59,541 nt of DNA from Candidatus Egerieisoma sp. (GCA_045580735.1 JAZNOJ010000067.1:1-59541); one strand, 5' to 3'; shown: positions 8,702 through 18,446, numbered from the stretch's first letter. Numbers and translations are program-made. The notes: generated from the sequence alone by a model not told the origin.

Positions 8702-10387
8702 ATGAAATTTAGAATTGACTTTAGTAAAGAAGGTAGCAAGGAGTTTGTTGATTCTCTATGTGATTATATTGAGAGTTGGAATCAAAGAAAAACAGAATTG
8801 AATTTCTCTCGAGCTGATGACATGGAAGATTCATTTTGTTATGAAAATAAAGAAAGCAAAGCAGATAGTGAAATAGAGAATGATTTTTACGATTCAGCAT
8901 CAAATGAAATTCAAATTGAAAATGAAGAATTCTCTATAGATGATGCTTCTGATGAAAAAATCGAAATCAATAAAAATGAGGAATTCATAGCTCAAGAGGA
9001 TTTCGTAAATGTTGTTAAAATTGAAGATGCAAATGAAGACGTTACTGACGAATTTGATATAGCATTTTCTAATGAAAATCGTTCAAATGAAGTCATTAAT
9101 CAGCTTGATGAGGAAAATATAGAAGCTAATGTGGAGGTGTCAATAACTCAAATTGAACAGAAGGTACTAAAGTCGCCTCGAAGACCCTCTAATTTAAACA
9201 AGATAGCAGAAAAGGAAAAGCATCAAAGAAAAAATAAAAACGTTATAGAAAATGAAGAAAAAGAGCAATTAGGTCAAACAGATAATACTAAGCGGATAAA
9301 AAAAAGACACAGAAAAGAAAAGCTTACTAAGGGAGCGATTGTAGGAAGAATATTTGGCTCATTAGGTACGTTTATTGCTGCGATACTTATTTTAGTGCTA
9401 TGTGCTGACTTAATAGTATTGTATGGTCCTTCAAAGGCAGCAAGGGATCGATTTGTTTTGACTGTAACAGAAACTAGTGCAGCAGGTTTTTTAGCAACGT
9501 GGTTTTTGCCGGATGAAATCGTTAACACTATTATAGATGGAAGTGGGATTCAAGAATCAGGAGGAAGTACGGATACAACATTGATTGAATTCCCTGAAAA
9601 TTCTGGCACAGAGAACGGAGACTCGGGTGTAGATATAAATAGTGTTGAGTTAGTTAATATAGAAGGAAAGACGTATAAAGGAAAGCTTTTAATAGTACAG
9701 AATCCTAAAAGAGTATATTTAGGCACACCTGAAGCTTATGGTGAAGATAAGCAAGGTGTAGAAACCATTAATATGGTAAAAAATAAAAATGCTTTATATG
9801 GAATAAATGGTGGCGGTTTTTACGACACAGGTAAAGGCAACGGTGGTATTCCTACGGGAAGAGAAAATTCTTCAGGTATTGTAATTTCAAAAGGAAAGCT
9901 TATGTGGGGTTCTTTAAGCAGAGAATATGAGGTTATAGGAATTAATAAGAAGGGTGTTCTGGTTTTAGGGAATATGACAGCACAGCAGGCGTTAGATCAA
10001 GGTATAGTAGAAGCACTTAATTTTGGACCATTTTTAGTTATGAATGGAGAAGCATGTGAGGTAGGAGGTCTTACAGAGGCCGGACTTAATCCACGTACTG
10101 CAATAGGACAGAGAAAAGATGGTGCAATGCTTCTTCTAACAATAGATGGTAGACAACCATCTAGTGTCGGAGCTTCGTACGAGGATTTGATAGAGGTTAT
10201 GATGAATTATGGTGCGGTAAATGCTGCGAACCTTGATGGGGGTTCTTCCACATATATGGTTCAAAATTCTGAAACAGAGAATAATCCACAAATAATAACA
10301 CAATGTGCTTCACTGTATGGTCCTAGAAAAATGGCAACATCGGTACTTGTAAGCAGAGTTGATCAAATTAATGAACAATATGAGTAA
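8702..10387 (+). CDS. Phosphodiester glycosidase (NAGPA-like) family protein with a long acidic N-terminal region and one TM helix
   Basis: The C-terminal domain has GINGGGFYD, NPRTAIGQ and NLDGGSSTYMV. A TM segment is present (IVGRIFGSLGTFIAAILILVLCADLIVLYG). The first ~200 aa are D/E/N-rich. Confidence 0.75.
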   Translation: MKFRIDFSKEGSKEFVDSLCDYIESWNQRKTELNFSRADDMEDSFCYENKESKADSEIENDFYDSASNEIQIENEEFSIDDASDEKIEINKNEEFIAQEDFVNVVKIEDANEDVTDEFDIAFSNENRSNEVINQLDEENIEANVEVSITQIEQKVLKSPRRPSNLNKIAEKEKHQRKNKNVIENEEKEQLGQTDNTKRIKKRHRKEKLTKGAIVGRIFGSLGTFIAAILILVLCADLIVLYGPSKAARDRFVLTVTETSAAGFLATWFLPDEIVNTIIDGSGIQESGGSTDTTLIEFPENSGTENGDSGVDINSVELVNIEGKTYKGKLLIVQNPKRVYLGTPEAYGEDKQGVETINMVKNKNALYGINGGGFYDTGKGNGGIPTGRENSSGIVISKGKLMWGSLSREYEVIGINKKGVLVLGNMTAQQALDQGIVEALNFGPFLVMNGEACEVGGLTEAGLNPRTAIGQRKDGAMLLLTIDGRQPSSVGASYEDLIEVMMNYGAVNAANLDGGSSTYMVQNSETENNPQIITQCASLYGPRKMATSVLVSRVDQINEQYE

Positions 10388-10402
10388 TAGGGGTGACTTG
10401 AA

Positions 10403-12037
10403 ATGAACAAAATCAAAGAGTTAATACACAATTCAAAATTTTGGAAAGCTTACTTCATCTCTATAGCTGTATTTTTATGCTTGCTTTTAGTAGGAGCAGT
10501 AGTTTTTACATTTTGGTTATCAGATTACGAAAAAAGCCAAAATACTGTGGAAGTAGATAAAATCGTAGAGCTTTTTGAAAATGGTCAATATTCTGAAATT
10601 TTAGATAGCACAGATGTCGTTAAAACTGGTTTTGTAGCAAAGGAAGAATATGAGCCACTTCTGAAGGAGGCAGTTTCAGGAAAAACGATTACCTATACCA
10701 AGGCCTTTTCTTATGACAGATTTGCAAAGCCAGCTTACAACATAAAAGCGGACGGAGATACAATTTGCAAAGTCGTATTAAAGGCAAGCAATAAAAAAAG
10801 CACATTTGGTTTTGCATTATATGAATTTGATTATATTTCTGATTTTGATTTTGCAGATATAAAGGTGGTATTTTTAACTCCAGAAGGCACACAACCATAT
10901 ATTGATGGCAAGACTGTTGATGAAATATTTGCACAGAAGCTTGCAAAGGATCAGCCTAGTGATTCTGAGTATATGTTAGACGAAGCTGTTGAAATTAAAC
11001 GATATGAAATATGTGGCTTGACGAAAGCTCCACAGACTGTAGAAATTAAAAATTCAAAAGGCGAAAGTATCGAAATAGAAAGCAATAGCAATAATGAGCT
11101 AGAAGCGAAGCTTTATGATATTAAGATAAATGCTCCTGTAGGATATACAATTAAAGTTAATAATACTGTATTATCTGATAAATATAAAACGACTACACAG
11201 CAAAACGATTCATATGCACAATATATGGTTAATGAGTCAGACAAAAAATTACTCGACGATATTCAAACATATAGAGTTGACAGTTTGGCTGAAATTCCAG
11301 AGGTTGTTGTAACAGATAAAAGTGGAAATAATATAGACTGCGTTTACAATGCAGATACACAGACCTTTGATGTTGGCTGCAAGCTTTATAATTTTGAAAT
11401 ACCTTCTAATTACAAGGTTAAGGTAAACGGTGTAGATATCATTGCTTCACCAAATTTTTTAGTTGAAAAAGATGTTGTTATAGAAGAGCTTGACAATTGC
11501 CCTGAGGAATTTTATACAAGACCCGTGATGAATATATATAAGGTAGCTGTTATGAATGGCGAGCTGAATATTCAAGCACAAAATTTTAAGGGAGAGAATG
11601 TAGAACTAGAATTTGATGAAGAATCTATGACATATTATGGAGATTTTGCAGTTGCAGATGCTTCTGCAGATGAATACTATGAGGCAGCAATAAATGGTGC
11701 AAAAATGTATGCCGGATTTATGTCAAATGATGTGTCAATGGGTACATTTTTGTATAATATAGTATCAGGCACACAAATGCATGACGATATGGCAGCTTAC
11801 AGACAGTTTTTCTATACGGATCATAATTCAACAAAATTTGAAAATGTTGAAGCTTATGATTTAAAAGTATATGATGAAACGTGTTTCTCTTGTGCTGTAT
11901 ATTTTGATTACTGGATTTATGGACAAAGAGGTGATCCAGACTTTGAGGTTAAGCTTGAAACAAATTTAAGATTATGGTTTGTAGTTAAAAATGGACAATG
12001 GAAAATGGTAGATTATGAGATATTTGATAAAGTATAA
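10403..12037 (+). CDS. N-terminally membrane-anchored extracytoplasmic protein of unknown function
   Basis: 544-aa ORF 15 nt downstream of the previous gene. It has a single N-terminal TM helix (YFISIAVFLCLLLVGAVVFTFWL). I recognise no catalytic motif. Confidence 0.6.
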   Translation: MNKIKELIHNSKFWKAYFISIAVFLCLLLVGAVVFTFWLSDYEKSQNTVEVDKIVELFENGQYSEILDSTDVVKTGFVAKEEYEPLLKEAVSGKTITYTKAFSYDRFAKPAYNIKADGDTICKVVLKASNKKSTFGFALYEFDYISDFDFADIKVVFLTPEGTQPYIDGKTVDEIFAQKLAKDQPSDSEYMLDEAVEIKRYEICGLTKAPQTVEIKNSKGESIEIESNSNNELEAKLYDIKINAPVGYTIKVNNTVLSDKYKTTTQQNDSYAQYMVNESDKKLLDDIQTYRVDSLAEIPEVVVTDKSGNNIDCVYNADTQTFDVGCKLYNFEIPSNYKVKVNGVDIIASPNFLVEKDVVIEELDNCPEEFYTRPVMNIYKVAVMNGELNIQAQNFKGENVELEFDEESMTYYGDFAVADASADEYYEAAINGAKMYAGFMSNDVSMGTFLYNIVSGTQMHDDMAAYRQFFYTDHNSTKFENVEAYDLKVYDETCFSCAVYFDYWIYGQRGDPDFEVKLETNLRLWFVVKNGQWKMVDYEIFDKV

Positions 12038-12042
12038 TTACA

Positions 12043-12501
12043 TCATTTTCTAATTTGAATAAAATAATTTTTTAAGAGTGACTCGCAGTCACTCTTTTTT
12101 ATTCCGCCAAAAACCTTAACGTGCTTAGGAATAATGTTATATACTGTTCCTGCCGCACCTTCAGTTATATTAAATGCACCAAAATATATCTCGGATATTT
12201 GTGCTGAACGAATGGCACCTGCACACATCGGGCATGGCTCTAATGTGACAAAAAGCTTACACCCTTGTAGGTGACACGAGTTGAGTATTTTTGATGCTGC
12301 ATTAAGAGCATTAATTTCTGCATGACCTGATATGCATTTATCTCTTTCGCAAGTGTTATATGCAGAAGAAATAATTTTTCCGTCTTTAACGATTAAACAA
12401 CCAACGGGAACATCGGATGGATTAATTTTAAGTGATTTTTTTGCAAGCTTTAAAGCTTCGTCCATAAAGAAACATATATCTGACACAGATTGTTTACACA
12501 C
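12043..12501 (-). CDS. tadA: tRNA adenosine(34) deaminase
   Basis: HAEINAL and PCPMCAGAI zinc-binding CDA motifs; about 150 aa. The start is uncertain: GTG at 12501 or ATG at 12465. Confidence 0.85.
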   Translation of the reverse strand: MCKQSVSDICFFMDEALKLAKKSLKINPSDVPVGCLIVKDGKIISSAYNTCERDKCISGHAEINALNAASKILNSCHLQGCKLFVTLEPCPMCAGAIRSAQISEIYFGAFNITEGAAGTVYNIIPKHVKVFGGIKKSDCESLLKNYFIQIRK

Positions 12502-12627
12502 CTTTACTACAATAATAGAGAATTTGAAATATCAAATAAAAATTTGCTCTAATTCATTTAATGTATTATAATCAAAATGCTATGCTTTTTGCAATGATAT
12601 TTTAAATACAGAAGAGATGGTGCAAAA

Positions 12628-13314
12628 ATGATTGAGGTTGAAAGAAAAAAGCAGGGAGATAAGTATAATTTAGAAGAATTATATCATATTATTGAATTAT
12701 TGCGTTCTCCGGAGGGATGTCCGTGGGATAGAGTACAGACTCATGATACACTCATTAAACCAATGATAGAGGAGGCATATGAGGCTGTTGATGCTATTAA
12801 TAAGAAGAGTTCAGAAAAGCTTTGTGAGGAGCTTGGTGATGTGTTGCTGCAGGTTATATTCCATTCTATTTTATCAAAAGAGGAAGGCAGCTTTGATTTT
12901 GAGGATGTAACAGACAGGTGCGCCAGAAAGATGTTATTTAGGCATACACATGTATTTGGCGATGTCCATGTAGAAGATGAAAAACAAGCATTGGATAATT
13001 GGGAAAAAAGAAAGCTTACAGAGAAAGGCTTTTCCTCATTAAAACAAGATTTAGAAGATGTACCTACCGTATTTCCGGCACTTATGAGAGCGCAAAAGGT
13101 TGCAAAGAAAATTCGTAAAGCTGAAAAAGCTAAGTCTGATGAAAATAATTTGATTAATGAAAATGAATTTGAAAAGGCAACAGAAGGTGAAATAGGAGAG
13201 CTTTTGTATGCACTTTGCAAACTTGCTGATAATTCTGACGTTGATGCAGAAATTGCACTTTCTAAATATATCGATAGTATTATTGAGGATGTGGATTCAA
13301 AAAATGAGAATTGA
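12628..13314 (+). CDS. mazG: MazG-family nucleoside triphosphate pyrophosphohydrolase
   Basis: EGCPWDRVQTHDTL...EEAYE...ELGDVLLQV motifs. Confidence 0.85.
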   Translation: MIEVERKKQGDKYNLEELYHIIELLRSPEGCPWDRVQTHDTLIKPMIEEAYEAVDAINKKSSEKLCEELGDVLLQVIFHSILSKEEGSFDFEDVTDRCARKMLFRHTHVFGDVHVEDEKQALDNWEKRKLTEKGFSSLKQDLEDVPTVFPALMRAQKVAKKIRKAEKAKSDENNLINENEFEKATEGEIGELLYALCKLADNSDVDAEIALSKYIDSIIEDVDSKNEN

Positions 13315-13549
13315 TAAATTTTTAAAGGTTTCTAGAGTTATTAAGCGCCGTACAGTTGCTAATGAAGCATGTGATGGTGGACGTGTATTTATAAATGGAA
13401 GACAAGCAAAAGCAGGAACGGCTGTTAAAGCTGGAGATATAGTCGAGATTGCATTTGCAGGAGGAAAAACAAAATTTGAAGTATTAAGTGTTGCCGAAAC
13501 CGTAAGGAAGGACAATGCTAAAGATATGTATAGAATAATTACAGAATGA
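13304..13549 (+). CDS. S4-domain RNA-binding protein (YabO/Hsp15-like)
   Basis: MRIDKFLKVSRVIKRRTVANEACDGGRVFINGRQAK is a canonical S4 domain. The ATG at 13304 overlaps the mazG stop by 11 nt. The longer track ORF from 13208 lies inside mazG. Confidence 0.85.
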   Translation: MRIDKFLKVSRVIKRRTVANEACDGGRVFINGRQAKAGTAVKAGDIVEIAFAGGKTKFEVLSVAETVRKDNAKDMYRIITE

Positions 13550-13563
13550 ATCGGAGGACAAAG

Positions 13564-15897
13564 ATGAAAAAGATTACGAGGCTTATTGCTACTTTATTGA
13601 CACTAACTTTAACACTCGGACTGTTTGTTGGATGTAAGGAAACTCCAAAAGAAAAGAAACCTGTTGTAAGTGTCGCTACTGTAAACGGTGTTGCTATTCC
13701 TGATTGTATTTTTATTAACTATTTTTTAGGGGAGTCAAGTAAAGAACTTGGAAAAGAGGATTCTAAAGTTGATACTACGGCCTCTGGTGATAAAATTTAT
13801 GCTCAATTAGAGGAGCTTGGTTTGTTGCAAACAATGATAGATAATTCTCTTGAAGAAGCAAGACTTTTTATGGTTGAGTATGAGCTTTGCAGGGCTAATG
13901 AAGACTGGCTTAATGAAAGTGAAATGGCTGAAATGGAGAAAACCTCTAAGGAGTATATCGAAGAGCTGAATTCTACTTATGGTTCATATTATGGAACTTC
14001 TTCGTTAGAGGAATTTGCCAATTACGCATATAGTATGACATATGATGATTTGGTTGAATTTTTCCAAATGACCGGAGCTTTAGAAAAATATAAGGTTTCA
14101 TTGGAAGATTCTATGAAGGTTTCAGATGATGAGCTTAAGGCATATTACGATGAAAATTCCGAAAAATTTTATACTGTGGAGGTAAGACATTCTCTTATCA
14201 AATACGAAGATGCTACTGACAAGGAAAATGTTGCTGAAGTAAAAGCAGAGGCACAAGAGCTAGTGGATAAGTATAATTCAGGAAAGCTCACCTTTGACGA
14301 AATTGTAAAAATGTCTGATGATGTTGATGAGGATGGAAAGGTAAATAATGATGGATATTATACAGTATATCAAGGAGCAGGCTTTGTTGAATCATTTGAA
14401 GATTGGGCTACAGCTCAAAAAGAAGCATCAGACAAAATTGCTGTAGTTGAATCAGAGTATGGTTGTCATATTATGCAATGTACTAAAGTTTTAACATTAG
14501 AAGATAAAGAGGTTAAGGACAGAGTTTCAGACGAATACAAAAGTGAAAGTGTTAGCACAAAGATTGAAAAAGATGTTGAAGCTGCCGCTGCTAAAAGTGA
14601 ATATCAACTAAAGGATTATAACGAAGAACATACTAAAGCACTTGCAAAAAGAACCTTTACCGGTGAGTTTGAGGACGAAAAAACAGAACCTAAAGAATAT
14701 AATGATGCACCTATGGACAAAACTGTAGTTGCAAAATACAAAGAAGAAGATATATATCAATCATATTACAGACAGTATTTTTCACAAGCGATTAATGAAA
14801 GCTTTGCAAGCTATGATTCATCAAAATTATCCGAAATAGAAGATGAAAACGAGTATTATGAAGCTCTAACTAAAGCTTTAGACGAAGAGTATAAGGATGG
14901 TAAATCATATATCGAATATTCAAAGGAATATGCATTGGAGCTTTTGCTTGAATTTATGGCAGCTAAGGAACTTGCTGTAGAAGCTAAGTTTACTTATACG
15001 GACGAGGAAAAGGCTGAAATGCTTGCTGAGCTTGATGCACAAATAGATGAAATGCTTTCATATTACGGTGAATATTATGGTTTTGAAACAAGAGATGAGC
15101 TTATAGAGGATATGACAGGCAGTAATGTAAATGGATATAAGGACATGTATATAAACCAGGAAATGGTTGCTGAATATAAGGCTGATGCTATAAGTAAAAT
15201 GAAAACAGAAGATAAGGTTATTAATGATTATTATTATGCGAATGAGAATGATTATAAGATTATAACAATAAGAACTATCAAAAAGAAATTTTTTGATGAG
15301 GAAGGAAATAGATTTGATGACAAAACTATTAAGCAAAGTGAAAATTTGTTGTACTCTTTAATGGACAAAATCAAAAATGGTGATTCTGCAGCAGCACTTG
15401 TTGAAACATACTCAGATAGCGCTGATCTTTCAAAATATGGATTACAGGATTTGCAAAAAACAGAATATCCTTTAGAAGAGAAAATTTTCGAATGGGCATT
15501 TAAACAAACAAAAATAGGCGAAATGGCCGTTATAGAGGAATCAGATTCATTAAATCTTGTTATTATCGAGGGTATTACAAATATTGAAAAGACAATAGGA
15601 GTTGTAGCAGATTCTGAGGCCACAACACCAAAGGCTGTAAAGGAAAAGGTTACTGCTGATTACAATTCTAGTGCCTTCGACAAAAATATCGAAAAATATA
15701 TTACAGACAATAAGCTTGAGCTTACAGATATCGACTATGATGTTATAGAAAACATAGTAAAAGAGTATATGGATTTTAATACTGGAAAGTCAGAGGAAGA
15801 GTCAAAAGATGAATCTAAGGAGGATTCAAAGGATGAGTCTGAAAAAGAATCTAATACGGCTACTGACGAAAGTAAAACTACTGCTAATTCTAAATAA
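13564..15897 (+). CDS. Large PrsA/SurA-like lipoprotein with a parvulin-type peptidyl-prolyl isomerase domain
   Basis: Lipobox LGLFVGC after MKKITRLIATLL. A parvulin-like segment is present (VRHSLIKY ... DGYYTVYQGAGFVESFEDWA ... SEYGCHIMQC). The tail is acidic with S-K-D/E repeats. Confidence 0.7.
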   Translation: MKKITRLIATLLTLTLTLGLFVGCKETPKEKKPVVSVATVNGVAIPDCIFINYFLGESSKELGKEDSKVDTTASGDKIYAQLEELGLLQTMIDNSLEEARLFMVEYELCRANEDWLNESEMAEMEKTSKEYIEELNSTYGSYYGTSSLEEFANYAYSMTYDDLVEFFQMTGALEKYKVSLEDSMKVSDDELKAYYDENSEKFYTVEVRHSLIKYEDATDKENVAEVKAEAQELVDKYNSGKLTFDEIVKMSDDVDEDGKVNNDGYYTVYQGAGFVESFEDWATAQKEASDKIAVVESEYGCHIMQCTKVLTLEDKEVKDRVSDEYKSESVSTKIEKDVEAAAAKSEYQLKDYNEEHTKALAKRTFTGEFEDEKTEPKEYNDAPMDKTVVAKYKEEDIYQSYYRQYFSQAINESFASYDSSKLSEIEDENEYYEALTKALDEEYKDGKSYIEYSKEYALELLLEFMAAKELAVEAKFTYTDEEKAEMLAELDAQIDEMLSYYGEYYGFETRDELIEDMTGSNVNGYKDMYINQEMVAEYKADAISKMKTEDKVINDYYYANENDYKIITIRTIKKKFFDEEGNRFDDKTIKQSENLLYSLMDKIKNGDSAAALVETYSDSADLSKYGLQDLQKTEYPLEEKIFEWAFKQTKIGEMAVIEESDSLNLVIIEGITNIEKTIGVVADSEATTPKAVKEKVTADYNSSAFDKNIEKYITDNKLELTDIDYDVIENIVKEYMDFNTGKSEEESKDESKEDSKDESEKESNTATDESKTTANSK

Positions 15898-15917
15898 ATA
15901 CTTTTTGTAATAAAGAC

Positions 15918-15949
15918 ACCGGAGCCTCGAAGGGTTCCGGTTTTCTTTT
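15918..15949 (+). terminator. Rho-independent terminator
   Basis: Stem ACCGGAGCC (15918-15926) / GGTTCCGGT (15933-15941, one G-U pair), followed by TTTTCTTTT. Confidence 0.7.
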
Positions 15950-15990
15950 GCAAAGTATATAAAAAATCTTTTATTTGTTAACTAGTATAA

Positions 15991-16019
15991 TTGACAATTT
16001 TGTTTGTATGTGTGATAAT
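15991..16019 (+). promoter_or_regulatory. Sigma-A-type promoter with extended -10, upstream of the dehydrogenase/fumarase/Hdr-Frd unit
   Basis: TTGACA (15991-15996), 17-nt spacer, TGtGATAAT (16011-16019). Confidence 0.6.
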
Positions 16020-16096
16020 AAAGTGTACGTTTAAACGTTGATTTCTTGTGCTTAAAAATAAATAGCACATAAAAAATTATAGAAAAGAGGATGCAT

Positions 16097-17044
16097 ATGA
16101 GTAAGGTCACAATTATAGGTGCCGGCAGCGTCGGCTCAACGATTGCATATACGATAGCAGTAAAAGGTATTGCTTCAGAGGTTGTGCTTATCGATATTAA
16201 TGAAGAAAAGGCTAGAGGCGAAGCTATGGATATTATCCAAGGAACTCCGTTTTGCAGTCCATTAACAGTTTATGCTGGAACATATGAAGATGCAAAGGAT
16301 TCTGATATTGTTGTAATTACATCGGGACTTCCAAGAAAAGAAGGTCAGACTAGATTAGACCTTGCCCAAACAAATGTAAATGTAATGAAACAGATTGCTC
16401 CGGAGCTTGCAAAGTATGCACCTAATGCTTTTTATATTATAGTAAGTAATCCTGTAGATATTATGACATATGCATTTATGAAATATTCAGGACTTCCTAA
16501 TAATAAGATTATTGGTTCTGGAACAATTCTTGATACAGCAAGACTTCGTTTTTATCTTTCAGACCATTTTGGCGTAAGCCAAAAGAATATTCATGCTTAT
16601 GTAATGGGTGAGCATGGAGATTCAGCTTTCATTCCTTGGTCACTTGCTAAAGTTGCTGCCATCGGAATTGAAGATTATTGTAAAGGAATCAAGTATACAG
16701 GAAAGGATGTAGTTACTCTTCCTGATCATGATGAGGTTCTTAAGTATGTTCGTACATCAGGTGGACAAATTATAAAAGACAAGAGAGCGACTTATTATGG
16801 AGTTTCAATGTCAGTATGTAGTGTTATTGAATCATTGTTCACAAGGAAGGATTATATTATGACAATTTCTTCTATGATGAATGGCGAATATGGTTTGAAT
16901 GATGTATGTCTCAGCCATCTTTTCGTACTTTGTATGGATGGAGTAAAGGGCTGTGTAACACCAACATTATTAGATAGTGAAGTAGAGCTTATGCATAAGA
17001 GCGGAAATGTTCTTAAGGATATGATTTCAAAGCTTCAATTTTAA
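16097..17044 (+). CDS. LDH/MDH-family NAD-dependent 2-hydroxyacid dehydrogenase; specificity residue predicts malate dehydrogenase (LDH-like MDH) rather than lactate dehydrogenase
   Basis: KVTIIGAGSVGS ... LIDI ... SNPVD ... GSGTILDTARLR ... GEHGDS. The substrate loop GLPRKEGQTRLDL has Arg (nt 16334-16336) where LDHs have Gln102. Confidence 0.85.
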   Translation: MSKVTIIGAGSVGSTIAYTIAVKGIASEVVLIDINEEKARGEAMDIIQGTPFCSPLTVYAGTYEDAKDSDIVVITSGLPRKEGQTRLDLAQTNVNVMKQIAPELAKYAPNAFYIIVSNPVDIMTYAFMKYSGLPNNKIIGSGTILDTARLRFYLSDHFGVSQKNIHAYVMGEHGDSAFIPWSLAKVAAIGIEDYCKGIKYTGKDVVTLPDHDEVLKYVRTSGGQIIKDKRATYYGVSMSVCSVIESLFTRKDYIMTISSMMNGEYGLNDVCLSHLFVLCMDGVKGCVTPTLLDSEVELMHKSGNVLKDMISKLQF

Positions 17045-17081
17045 TAGTCAATTTTTTTAACTTTAAAGGAGGATTATATAG

Positions 17082-18446
17082 ATGGATTATCGTATTGAAC
17101 GCGATTCGATGGGCGAAATGCAAGTACCAGCGGATCGTTATTGGGCCGCACAGACCCAAAGAAGTTTTCAAAACTTTAAAATTGGCGGAGAGATAATGCC
17201 TCGTGAGATTACTCATGCGTTTGGTATTTTGAAGAAGGCAGCAGCTATTGCCAATTATAATTTGGGGAAAATGGATGATGAAAAGAAGGAAACAATTTGT
17301 AAAGCATGTGACGAAGTAATTGCTGGAAATTTGAATGATCATTTTCCTTTGGTAGTTTGGCAAACAGGAAGCGGAACCCAATCAAATATGAATGCAAATG
17401 AAGTAATTGCAAACAAAGGTAATGAAATTTGCGGAAAGAAGCTTCTCCATCCTAATGATCATATTAACATGTCACAAAGCTCGAATGATACTTTCCCTAC
17501 AGCAATGCATATTGCAGCGGTAATAGGTATAGAAGACAAGCTTTTCCCAGCAATGGATACTTTTATCGAGACATTGAAGCGTCTTGAAAAGGAAAATGAC
17601 GATATAGTAAAAAGTGGACGTACACATCTTCAAGATGCTACACCTGTAAAGTTTTCACAGGAAATCAGTGGCTGGAGAAACATGATAGAAAAGACAAAGG
17701 GAATGCTTGAAGCAGCACTTCCTGGTCTTAAGGAATTGGCACTTGGTGGCACAGCAGTAGGTACAGGTTTAAATGCTCCTAAAGCTTTCGGTGCTGAGGT
17801 TGCTAAGGTTGTATCTGAGCTTACAGGTAAAAATTTTGTTACTGCAGATAACAAATTCCACGCTCTTACATCAAAGGATGAGTTGGTATTTGCTCATGGC
17901 GCTTTAAAGGCTCTTGCAGCAGATCTTATGAAGATAGCAAATGATGTACGTTGGCTTGCAAGTGGTCCTAGATGTGGACTTGGGGAAATATTTATTCCTG
18001 AAAATGAGCCAGGAAGCTCTATTATGCCTGGAAAGGTTAATCCTACACAATGTGAATCAATGACTATGGTTGCAGTTCAGGTTATAGCTAACGATGTTGC
18101 AGTTGGTATGGCAGCTTCACAGGGTAATTTTGAGCTCAATGTATTCATGCCTGTTCTTATTTATAACTTCCTCCAGTCAGTTCGTCTTTTAGCTGACGGA
18201 ATTCGTTCTTTCAATGACAATTGTGTAACAGGAATCACAGCAAACAGAGAAAAAATGAAACATAATTTGTATAATTCTTTGATGCTTGTAACAGCTCTTA
18301 ATCCATATATAGGATATGATAATGCAGCTAAGACAGCAAAGAAGGCATATAAAGAAAACATCTCATTAAAAGAAGCGTGTGTAGCGCTTGGCTTCCTCAC
18401 TGCAGAAAAATTTGATGAAGTGTTCAAGCCAGAGCAGATGGTATAA
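17082..18446 (+). CDS. fumC: Class II fumarate hydratase
   Basis: GSSIMPGKVNPTQCE signature (fumarase-type rather than aspartase-type), with AGGAGG 8 nt upstream. Confidence 0.9.
   Translation: MDYRIERDSMGEMQVPADRYWAAQTQRSFQNFKIGGEIMPREITHAFGILKKAAAIANYNLGKMDDEKKETICKACDEVIAGNLNDHFPLVVWQTGSGTQSNMNANEVIANKGNEICGKKLLHPNDHINMSQSSNDTFPTAMHIAAVIGIEDKLFPAMDTFIETLKRLEKENDDIVKSGRTHLQDATPVKFSQEISGWRNMIEKTKGMLEAALPGLKELALGGTAVGTGLNAPKAFGAEVAKVVSELTGKNFVTADNKFHALTSKDELVFAHGALKALAADLMKIANDVRWLASGPRCGLGEIFIPENEPGSSIMPGKVNPTQCESMTMVAVQVIANDVAVGMAASQGNFELNVFMPVLIYNFLQSVRLLADGIRSFNDNCVTGITANREKMKHNLYNSLMLVTALNPYIGYDNAAKTAKKAYKENISLKEACVALGFLTAEKFDEVFKPEQMV

Noticed and set aside
16047-16069. Canonical Rex operator upstream of the dehydrogenase gene.
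   Set aside because: The arms TGTGCT/AGCACA are Rex-like, but the spacer is 11 nt rather than the consensus spacing. It is reported only as a generic inverted repeat, not as a Rex box.
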